Below, piece by piece: positions 20,098 through 28,258 of a DNA stretch of 64,000 bases. The stretch is from Candidatus Bathyarchaeota archaeon (GTDB lineage Archaea > Thermoproteota > Bathyarchaeia > Bathyarchaeales > Bathycorpusculaceae): contig CAVTBV010000016.1 in the NCBI GenBank assembly GCA_963733095.1, forward strand, positions 96,001-160,000. Direction: 5' to 3'. How positions within the stretch are numbered: position 1 is the stretch's first letter; every line of letters starts with the position of its first letter. The notes under the pieces were generated by a model. That model worked only from the letters and a program-made list of their open reading frames with translations, was not told where the DNA came from and ran no database searches. The position numbers and the translations under genes are program-made.

Positions 20098-20115
20098 AAA
20101 ATATAAGCGTTTCGG
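20098..20115 (-). promoter_or_regulatory. BRE/TATA promoter of the leader-aro operon
   Basis: Minus strand CCGAAACG-CTTATATTTT; implied TSS near 20075-20080, just upstream of leader ATG 20064. Confidence 0.6.
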
Positions 20116-20539
20116 AATAAGACTAACCAAAAGTGAGGCATCTGCAGAAAGTCGTTTTGTAATTCTAATCTTGAAAGATGCGACAGTTAGCGGCCCATTC
20201 AAACCCTCATATTTCACAATGAAATGCTACCAAAATCCAAGTGTACACATTATAGTTCGGTTGTAACTTTGAAGAGTTAGTCCTGCCAGATGCTCTGGTT
20301 CCAATCGCCATACTCCAAATCAATTATGTGTCATTTTAGCCGATTAACTGACCTTGACTTTTTTGTTCCTTTACAGTTTGGAGGCCATGATTTTGCCAGA
20401 ACAAACCTGCTGCAATTTCTATTATGATCCTGACGCAGGGCTTCGCCATTTTATTATTCGTTGTTAATTTAGGTCTTTTTAAACGAAACACGGAAATTTG
20501 AGTTGCAGTTAGAGAACGCAAATCCGAAGTCGAAGCAAA

Positions 20540-21445
20540 TCATTTTCTGTAGAGCAAATAAACTCCAAAAACCATAGCTATCCCAGCAAAAATCTGCACG
20601 AAAGTGAACCCTTCTCTGAGAATAACGAAAGCGAAAACTGCTCCGAAAAGAGACGCTGTTGAAAAGATAATGCCAGTCCGCATAGAGCCAATTTCTTTAA
20701 GACCTACCATAAAAAACAGAATTGAGAACCCTATGCTAAATGCCCCTACAGTGATTAGGTAAGGGAAAGCTGAAAGCGGGACGTAGAAGTCTAATTTTAA
20801 TGCATACACAACAAGCAGAAGGCTTACTCCACCTATTAGACATTTTAGGGCAGCTACAAGAAGCAGGTCTTCCTTTACGCATAGAAACTTGCTCAGGTTG
20901 TTGTCTATCCCCCAAAACAAACATCCGGTCAATATTAGGAGGTTACCAATAACCCATGTTTCTAATGACAACTGGTAAAATTGTCCATTGGTTGACAGAA
21001 ATACGGCACCAATGACCAGCAGTGTAATTGCACCTATTTCTTTTTTATTGCACCGTTCCCTTAGAAATGAAATAGCTATTAAAACTGTAAAGAGAGCTTC
21101 GGCGTTTTGAAGCAAAGATGCATTTAATGCAGTGGTCTGGTTAAGACCGTTAAGAAACAATACTGGAGCAATAATAGAGCCACAGAGCACCACCAAACCA
21201 AGTGTAGCTACGTCTTTTTTGCAGAATTTGGGCTCGGTCTTTGTTGGAGTTTTCAGTAGCCGCATGACATGTTTGCGAATTGGAGAGAAGCGAACTGCCG
21301 ATAAAACGATTCCTGCAAAAAGATAGATTAGCCCGGCCACTACGGTTGGATTAACATTGGCTAACGCAATCTTGTTGAGTGTGGTTCCAACACCGAAAAG
21401 GAGGGCAGACCCAACAGCACTTACATAACCCCAGTGATGCGTCAT
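20540..21445 (-). CDS. DMT/EamA family transporter
   Basis: About 10 TM segments in two repeats; SALLFG, NASLLQNAEALFT, WGIDNN. Confidence 0.88.
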   Translation of the reverse strand: MTHHWGYVSAVGSALLFGVGTTLNKIALANVNPTVVAGLIYLFAGIVLSAVRFSPIRKHVMRLLKTPTKTEPKFCKKDVATLGLVVLCGSIIAPVLFLNGLNQTTALNASLLQNAEALFTVLIAISFLRERCNKKEIGAITLLVIGAVFLSTNGQFYQLSLETWVIGNLLILTGCLFWGIDNNLSKFLCVKEDLLLVAALKCLIGGVSLLLVVYALKLDFYVPLSAFPYLITVGAFSIGFSILFFMVGLKEIGSMRTGIIFSTASLFGAVFAFVILREGFTFVQIFAGIAMVFGVYLLYRK

Positions 21446-21450
21446 AACAA

Positions 21451-22341
21451 CTACTGCGTATCGGCGGTTTTTCGCTTTTCTCCGTCAGGAATTGAGTTAT
21501 TTCTTGAATTTAGAAGTTCCAGAATTTCTTTTCTGGCTTCTCCTATAGTGAGAGGAAGTAGTTCGCCTATTGGCAGATTGTTTTCTTTTTTTAGCACTTC
21601 AAAAAGATGCGCTATTCGTGGTGAACGCAAGTTTACCTTTCTTATTAGCTCAGTATTTGAAAAGCTTGTTTTGGGGGTACCTTCGGAAACTATTTTTCCT
21701 TTGTCTAAGATGTAGATTTTATTTGCAAACAGAGGAACCATATCTACGTCGTGTGTAGCTAATAATAATGTAATTCCGTTTTCTTTGTTGAGTCGAAGGA
21801 GTAAATGCAAGATGTCGCTTGTAGCGATGGGGTCAAGGCTTGAGGTGGGCTCGTCCATTATGATAACTTCAGGCTGCATAGCAAGAACGCCTGCTAGCGC
21901 AACCCGCTTCTTCTGGCCACCACTGAGAAAATGAGGTGGTTTATCCGCGAATTCGGTCATACCAACAGTTATTAGTGCGTCATCGACGAGTTGCTTGACA
22001 TGCTCAGGAGTATACCCTAGATTTAAAGGTCCAAAAGCTACATCTTGTTTTACTGAAGAAGCAAAAAGCTGATCATTCGGATCTTGAAAGACGAAGCCAA
22101 CTCTCTTTCGCAGATTGAGAAGAGATTTAGCATCGTATGCCAAAGGTTTGTCTTCAAAGTATATGTTGCCGGAAGTGGGTTTTAGGATACCGTTTAAATG
22201 GTTAAGTAGAGTGGTTTTTCCAGAACCATTTGTGCCTAAGAAAGCAACTCGTTCGCCTCGAGTAAAGTTCAAAGAAACCTCATTTAGCGCCAATGTTCCG
22301 TCCGAGTATCGATGAGATAATTTGTCTAATCTAAAAATCAT
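21451..22341 (-). CDS. cbiO: ECF transporter ATPase
   Basis: GTNGSGKTT, FQDPNDQLF, LSGGQKKR, DEPT. Confidence 0.92.
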   Translation of the reverse strand: MIFRLDKLSHRYSDGTLALNEVSLNFTRGERVAFLGTNGSGKTTLLNHLNGILKPTSGNIYFEDKPLAYDAKSLLNLRKRVGFVFQDPNDQLFASSVKQDVAFGPLNLGYTPEHVKQLVDDALITVGMTEFADKPPHFLSGGQKKRVALAGVLAMQPEVIIMDEPTSSLDPIATSDILHLLLRLNKENGITLLLATHDVDMVPLFANKIYILDKGKIVSEGTPKTSFSNTELIRKVNLRSPRIAHLFEVLKKENNLPIGELLPLTIGEARKEILELLNSRNNSIPDGEKRKTADTQ

Positions 22342-22344
22342 TGA

Positions 22345-23142
22345 TTATACAACTCCAACATTTATCGTTAAAAAAAGTAAGATAAAGAGTAGGACATCAA
22401 AGAGAACTATACTCCCGAGCATTATTTTTCTCGGAGAAGGAAAGTCCTCGAGAATACGAATTTCACCATCGTAACCTCGTGCATTCATCGCTACGAGAGT
22501 TCGCTCACCCTGGTCCAGCGTTCGTATGAAAAGGCTTCCAATAAGCATAGCTAAAGATCGAATGCGACTTAGCCAACCTGAACGTCTCAGTCTTAGCTTT
22601 TGGGCGAGACTCATTTTCTCAGAGACTTCTAAAAATAAGAAGATATAACGGTATATCATCATAGACATTTCAACCATAACCTGAGGCATATGAATGCGGC
22701 GGAGCAGAACACAGAGATCAGTTATTGAAGTCGTGAGAACAAGGAAGAAAAGGCAAGAAAGGGCACCCTCGACTCTGAGAAACGTGTTTACACTAATAGA
22801 GATTCCACTTTTAAATATTGACCATGTAAACCAAGGGAGCGGGATTTCTATTAGGGGGGCTCCAGATCCAAAGAATAAAGCTAAGAAAATGCAACTAATC
22901 GTAAGCATGTAGGTTGGATAAACAAACAAATCAAGGTAAAGATGTGCCTTAACTTTTGCAAGACCTAATATCAAAATTGTACAGATCGTGAACACTACGA
23001 TAGGCACAACAAATGTTGGTGCGGAAACACTTATTGCAAGCGCGGAAAGTGCAAAAAAAGTTTTAGTTATGGGACTGCTTTTTGCTAATGCGCTGGTATA
23101 GGCAGACCTATCTATTTCAGCGTAGAGTTCAGAATGGCTCAA
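22345..23142 (-). CDS. cbiQ: ECF transporter T component
   Basis: LTTSITDL, YRYIFL, AQKLR, AMNARGY motifs. Confidence 0.9.
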   Translation of the reverse strand: MSHSELYAEIDRSAYTSALAKSSPITKTFFALSALAISVSAPTFVVPIVVFTICTILILGLAKVKAHLYLDLFVYPTYMLTISCIFLALFFGSGAPLIEIPLPWFTWSIFKSGISISVNTFLRVEGALSCLFFLVLTTSITDLCVLLRRIHMPQVMVEMSMMIYRYIFLFLEVSEKMSLAQKLRLRRSGWLSRIRSLAMLIGSLFIRTLDQGERTLVAMNARGYDGEIRILEDFPSPRKIMLGSIVLFDVLLFILLFLTINVGVV

Positions 23143-23341
23143 TAGGTGCTTCTCCTCTCTTTAGCAACTTTTCCAAGTCCGCGGACTTTATTTTTCTTTC
23201 TGACTAAGCAGCCAAACATACGTCTTATCTTCTTTTGCGCTGTATCTATACTTATGTCTATACGCTCGAATAATTCCCTCAAAAAAGAGGGTTAGGTAAA
23301 CCCACTTATGTTGTCGTGGATGTTTCATTTCATGTTGCAGT

Positions 23342-23854
23342 TTATTGAGGTTTTGCCCTCAAATACCCAACGAAGTAACCGATTATTACGGCGCCAATGG
23401 CTACCTGTAATGAGAATATTACTATCTCGCCCGTGGCATCTGGTACATATCCTAGTGGTTGAATCCATGGAGTGTAGCCACTTGATGTAATTTGGTCAGG
23501 ACCTTGACCATCTGTTCCGCTGAAACTTCCGCCGGAGTTAATCACGAAAGGCAGTATGAAGATAGCTAACACAAGTCCAATGATTATTATATACAGATAC
23601 TTCTTCTTGACTTGATGTTTCGGAATGATCGCTTTGCCTGCAGCGCGGACTGATTTTAAACCCTTTCTAGTTCCAATGAAGTGCCCTATTGTTGCAGCCA
23701 TGATCCCCGCTTGCACTGAGAATAACAATACCTCAGTTTCATGTGGAAGTGAAATAATTGCCCCAGACAAGGAAGTATACCCTAAAGCTATTATGTATGC
23801 GATTAGTGCGAGCGGTGACGCAATGCCCAACGTTAAGTAATATTTATACTCCAT
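23342..23854 (-). CDS. cbiN: CbiN-family protein with duplicated module
   Basis: C-half FSGTDGQ...GYTPWIQP...IFSLQVAIGAVIIGYFVG; N-half repeats EVLLFSVQAGIMAATIGHFIG. Confidence 0.8.
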   Translation of the reverse strand: MEYKYYLTLGIASPLALIAYIIALGYTSLSGAIISLPHETEVLLFSVQAGIMAATIGHFIGTRKGLKSVRAAGKAIIPKHQVKKKYLYIIIIGLVLAIFILPFVINSGGSFSGTDGQGPDQITSSGYTPWIQPLGYVPDATGEIVIFSLQVAIGAVIIGYFVGYLRAKPQ

Positions 23855-23855
23855 T

Positions 23856-24548
23856 TTATGGTTTCACCTCTTGCTCTGTGTTTGTAATAGGGATTTTTAG
23901 TACTCCTAATCTTTGTAGGATACTATCTTTGTATTTTGACAGGAAGTTGAATATCAGAACAGCGAGAAGACCTTCAGCTATGGCTAATGGAATCTGTGTG
24001 ATGGCATATATGGCAAAGAATGTTGCAAATGAAGTAAGGACGCTTCCATTAGTTGGGAATGCAAGGGCAAGTTGGAAAGCAGTAGTAACATAGGTTGCTA
24101 AGTCGGCCACGGCACAAGCGGCAAAAACGCCTATCGATGGGTTAAGTCGTGTCCTTTTAAGTAACTTCCATATGGCGAAGCCTATTACGGGTCCGGCAAT
24201 ACCCATGGAAAAAACATTAGCTCCAAGAGTAGTTATGCCTCCGTGAGCCAGCAATAATGCTTGGAATACCAGAACTATCACCGAAATAGCACTTGTTATT
24301 GCAGGTCCGAAAAGAATAGCGGCAAATCCAGTGCCCGTTGGGTGCGAGCTGCTTCCGGTTACTGACGGAAGCTTAAGTGCAGAGATTACAAAGATGAATG
24401 CGCCAACTAACGCCAAAAGCGGCTTGATTTCAGGCATCTTTTTTGTTACTTTAGTAAGCTTATAAACTCCATAAGCTACTATTGGAATTGCTATTACCCA
24501 CCATATTTGCCACCATGGGGATGGCAGAAAACCTTCCATTATGTGCAT
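23856..24548 (-). CDS. cbiM: Co/Ni ECF transporter S component
   Basis: N-terminal MHIMEGFLP, GSSSHPTG, AHGGITTLGAN, TQIPLAIAEG. Confidence 0.95.
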   Translation of the reverse strand: MHIMEGFLPSPWWQIWWVIAIPIVAYGVYKLTKVTKKMPEIKPLLALVGAFIFVISALKLPSVTGSSSHPTGTGFAAILFGPAITSAISVIVLVFQALLLAHGGITTLGANVFSMGIAGPVIGFAIWKLLKRTRLNPSIGVFAACAVADLATYVTTAFQLALAFPTNGSVLTSFATFFAIYAITQIPLAIAEGLLAVLIFNFLSKYKDSILQRLGVLKIPITNTEQEVKP

Positions 24549-24582
24549 TTTTTTTCTCCGTGTGCGTTTATCAACGTTTTGA

Positions 24583-24609
24583 TTTATAAACTTTGGTTTA
24601 ACTAAAGTT
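24583..24609 (-). promoter_or_regulatory. cbiM TATA box (TTTATAAA) overlapped by a 21-bp inverted repeat AACTTTGGTT-T-AACTAAAGTT
   Basis: Read directly; 9/10 palindromic arms, resembling DtxR-family operators. Confidence 0.55.
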
Positions 24610-25576
24610 AATATGAGGTTGATTAACTGTGGTTGGCAACTTGCTTTGAGATAGAGACACTTTGCTACTCGAGCATTGATTATTCTTCAGACCGGGTTTT
24701 TTAGTTTAAAAACGATTTACCTAATCCATTAAGAAAAACCAAGCAACGCCAATTCTCAAGAAGCGTATTGTCCGAAAAACATAAAATTCGTCACCTGTTA
24801 ATTTTCAAACATTTTTAAACCCGTTTTGAGCGTAGCTTGGTAGCTTCAAACATAGGCTAACATTTACGAAAATACTACTTAGAGATGTTATGACATTGGG
24901 TTAGAGCGTTTCAGGGGCAGGCTTTGTTCGGATTACATTCACCAACGATGGGAGAACAGCACCTTTTTTCAAAATATTTCATGTGGAATTTAAGCTCGGG
25001 TTTAAATCTAACGTCCCACACCATTTCCAAATTCAGCCAACTATTATCGTTAATTTTAGAAGCTGGGCCTGAATTTTGTCCGAAATAATGCTTTGCCCCT
25101 TATGAGCGGAGGTTTAAACCCACGCTAAACTTAATCAGAGCTTTGTAGGTTCCGATCCAGCTGACGTTTGTATTGGTAAATTGGGGGTCAGGATTCCCCT
25201 TCCGATGCCTTTTTACCAGTCAGTGTTATTTTGGCCTTAAGCAAAGGTCGCTGGCATTCGCAACACGAAGGGATGAACAGGATCATTAGGTAGTTTCTAA
25301 CAGTTGTCTTGCCCCAATTCAATATGAATCCCCGCCTATATTTTTTAGCCTATTTTCTGGTAAAGGGATGCGCCTACTGCATTAAACGAATGCCATTTTC
25401 AATGGATAAAATACAAACGGACCCGCTGGATTTGAATCCAGAAATCACACAGGACAGCAACTATATTCAACTTGAAAGAAGAAGGGTGGAAAATTTGCGC
25501 TTCTTCTTCTTTCAAAAGTGATCTGGGTTTCTAAAAAGTTACTTTCTCAATTCACCAGTGTTTAAGATCGAATTTG

Positions 25577-26281
25577 TTATGGCGCAATCTTGACCATTTG
25601 TGGAATTTTCCCAGCCGTTCCAACCTGCCCCTGATAGATTATGAGTACTCCTTCAACGCCTTCAATCGACAAACCCTTGCTGATACCCGCTTGAATCCCG
25701 GCTTTCGGGTCCTCACTTTTTACAACATTGCCAACCGCTGTAGCTGCCGCATCTGCCAAAGCAGCGTTTTTGCAGAAAACAATGGCGGCCTCGGCATCCC
25801 CAAAACTCAACGCATGACTAAAACGTCCTGAGCTTGTTGCGACGCCAATTGGGAACTCGGTGAGCCGAAAGCCGAAGCGTCTTGAGAGGGGTTCTTCGCC
25901 TGCAGCAACTGCCACGTCGATAGGTCGGTCTGACGTTGCCGATATTTCGCCGCCGTCCTCAACCACCGCCACCTCGCAACCCACACGCCTCATGTCTTCT
26001 ACGACTAAATCAGCTATGGCCCCCGCAACCGCCGCAATTGGACCAATACCTGCCTTCTCCGCAGCCAGCGCCATTAAATTTGCAATCAAGGGTTTTTCTG
26101 GCGCTGGAATCGGAGTTAAAGTGTACAAGAACTTGGGATTAGCCCTTACGTAGAGTTCCAATTCTTGGTAGTTGCGTTTGATTGATTCTATTGCGGTGCG
26201 GACAGCTTGCTGCTTATCAGAAATGATTGTGCACTGGGACTCTTTATAGGTAAAGTGTTCTTTGAAAAGCTGACTGGTCAA
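25577..26281 (-). CDS. UPF0280 / ApbE-like protein (COG2122, MA1715-type)
   Basis: GPIAAVAGAIAD, EDGGEI, ATSSG..SHALSFG.A, ADAAATAVGN. Confidence 0.88.
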   Translation of the reverse strand: MTSQLFKEHFTYKESQCTIISDKQQAVRTAIESIKRNYQELELYVRANPKFLYTLTPIPAPEKPLIANLMALAAEKAGIGPIAAVAGAIADLVVEDMRRVGCEVAVVEDGGEISATSDRPIDVAVAAGEEPLSRRFGFRLTEFPIGVATSSGRFSHALSFGDAEAAIVFCKNAALADAAATAVGNVVKSEDPKAGIQAGISKGLSIEGVEGVLIIYQGQVGTAGKIPQMVKIAP

Positions 26282-26712
26282 CGTTTCTTTTCCCTGTTAG
26301 CTGAGGTCCCGTTGTTGTTTGGCTTTATCGATTTGATGGCTCGGGCTGGGCATGCGTCAACGCAGATGCTACAGGTGCTGCCAACGCACTTCTCTTTGTC
26401 AAACTGAACCGTGAAGTCTTTAGCTAAACTGATGGCTTCAACAGGGCAAAGCGCAATGCAGCTTCCGCAGCTGAAGCATTTGTCGCTGTCGACCTCGATT
26501 AATTTGGGCACGGTTACCGAGACGCCTCTTTGTCGGAAGGCTTTCACGACCTTTTCCAGTATGTCGTCAGGTACTTCAGCGAGGATTTCGCCGCCCTTTG
26601 AATTAATGTGGGCTGACAAAATAGCCATTGGTACCTTGTATTCGATGATGATTTGGGATGCTATGGGCTCTGAAACTTGGTCTTCGTCAAATCTGATGAG
26701 AATTCTCGCCAT
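26278..26712 (-). CDS. NIL domain + 2[4Fe-4S] ferredoxin (MA1822-type)
   Basis: N-terminal EP..S....IL.A.I....GEIL NIL domain; CFSCGSCIALCP and CVGSTCSICVDACP. Confidence 0.9.
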   Translation of the reverse strand: MARILIRFDEDQVSEPIASQIIIEYKVPMAILSAHINSKGGEILAEVPDDILEKVVKAFRQRGVSVTVPKLIEVDSDKCFSCGSCIALCPVEAISLAKDFTVQFDKEKCVGSTCSICVDACPARAIKSIKPNNNGTSANREKKR

Positions 26713-26716
26713 AACT

Positions 26717-28219
26717 TTACCGTCCTAACAGTTTAGATACATCTTCCGAAGTCACTATCCCAAGCACCTTCTTCTCGATGTCAATGACAGGCAACGCGGA
26801 GATGTTGTTCTGTGCCATGCGTTTAGAAGCGATCTCCAGAGGCTCATCGGGTTTAGCGGTGACGACATTGTGGGTTTCTATTTCGGCTAATGCTGTTTTG
26901 CCTTCAGCCATAGCTCTGGTAACGTCCCAAGAGGTGACAATGCCACGCAGCTTGCCAGCTTCATCCACTACGACGATGTGGTTGACGGATTTGGTGACGA
27001 TGCGTTTTGCGATCGCTTGAATCTCTTCATCTTCAGTGCAGGTTACTGCTGGGTGCATAACGCTGACGACAAACGGGATTTCCTCTGTCTGCCGCATGGG
27101 CTTGAAAACCGTGTTTGTTGGTAGCCGTTCAACGGGTGTCGTTAAGAAAAACCTGCCCTCGTCAATCCATGACTTTAGGGTTTGAGAAACCTTCTTTGCC
27201 ATCTTAAGGCTTGAGAGGGAGCTGACGCGAACTTTTTTTCCGTTGACAGTTATGGAGCCTGATTTTAGTTCTTTGTAGCTGACTTGCCCGAATTTGGGGC
27301 GGTCTCGTCGGGGGACGCTGTAGTCGACGATGTCGGTTAGGATGTCTTTGTCTTGGATTGCGGTTTTCTTGGCTAAACCCTCGTTTAGAATCGGAATCGG
27401 AACACCCAAGCCCACATACATTGTTGTGCCATAGCCAGTGAATGCGGCGCCCTGCAGAAATTCAGGAGACATCTTCTTTGCATCACCCTTAACCATCAGC
27501 GTCCCATTGAGGTTCTTGGGGCTATGCTGTGTGCCCTCTCCGATAATGTAGCCTTGAGCGCCGCCAAGGAAGATGCGGGTCCCCATACCCATCGTTTCGT
27601 AGTCTGGGTCATTCATGAGCGGATTGAGTTCCCCTGCACCCGAAAATGTAGCGTTTCGGAATCTGGGCAGCAGTTTGCTCATGTAGGTGTAGATGACTTC
27701 GTCGCTACTGTTTACGGCGCAGTTGTAGCGCTGGTAGCAGTTGCGGAAGTTTAAAAGGTAAAACTGATTCAAATCATCCTTTGTGAGGGTAGTTTTGACT
27801 GATGTTCTTGGATAACAATCTGTTCCATACGAGGTTGCTCGGAGTTCAACTTCATTTCCCGCGATAAGGTCTTGGATTACGTGTCCGCCGCCGTACTCAA
27901 AAGGCAAATTCTCAGACATGTGTGTCGCTCCGATAAACAAATCCACCGCCGCGCCGGGATGACAAACTTCCACGCCATTAAGCCATGCCTTCTCAATCTT
28001 AATCGGCGGATCAGAATGACCAACGTTAACGACCGCACCAGAACTGCACATGGCTCCAAAGGTGCCAGTAGTAACGACATCAACCTCTTTGAAGGCAACT
28101 TCGACGCCGCTGCTTTCAACCAGCTTCTTCATCTCTTCCGCCGTCAAAACTTGAGCGTCGCCCTTACGGATTTTTTCATTGATCTCTTCTATAGTACGAG
28201 TCTTAGTAAGTTTGGACAA
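26717..28219 (-). CDS. L-aspartate semialdehyde sulfurtransferase / homocysteine biosynthesis protein (DUF39 + 2 CBS, MA1821-type)
   Basis: RTIEEINEKI, VDVVTTGTFGAMCSSG, YGGGHVI, TDCYPR, GTQH; C-terminal CBS pair. Confidence 0.92.
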   Translation of the reverse strand: MSKLTKTRTIEEINEKIRKGDAQVLTAEEMKKLVESSGVEVAFKEVDVVTTGTFGAMCSSGAVVNVGHSDPPIKIEKAWLNGVEVCHPGAAVDLFIGATHMSENLPFEYGGGHVIQDLIAGNEVELRATSYGTDCYPRTSVKTTLTKDDLNQFYLLNFRNCYQRYNCAVNSSDEVIYTYMSKLLPRFRNATFSGAGELNPLMNDPDYETMGMGTRIFLGGAQGYIIGEGTQHSPKNLNGTLMVKGDAKKMSPEFLQGAAFTGYGTTMYVGLGVPIPILNEGLAKKTAIQDKDILTDIVDYSVPRRDRPKFGQVSYKELKSGSITVNGKKVRVSSLSSLKMAKKVSQTLKSWIDEGRFFLTTPVERLPTNTVFKPMRQTEEIPFVVSVMHPAVTCTEDEEIQAIAKRIVTKSVNHIVVVDEAGKLRGIVTSWDVTRAMAEGKTALAEIETHNVVTAKPDEPLEIASKRMAQNNISALPVIDIEKKVLGIVTSEDVSKLLGR

Positions 28220-28258
28220 AGAGCCTTACCTTGATGCAATCGAGAAGGCGTTCCGCAG

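Noticed and set aside
19978-20217. 79-aa version of the leader ORF in the track
   Set aside because: Its start lies upstream of the BRE/TATA at 20098-20115; ATG 20064 fits the promoter, so only the last 28 codons are called.
20220-20539. 61-aa ORF 20336..20521 and neighbours
   Set aside because: No SD, motif or compositional support; left unannotated.
24610-25570. Cobalamin riboswitch upstream of cbiM
   Set aside because: No B12-box consensus recognised, and a TATA box lies only about 35 nt from the cbiM start.
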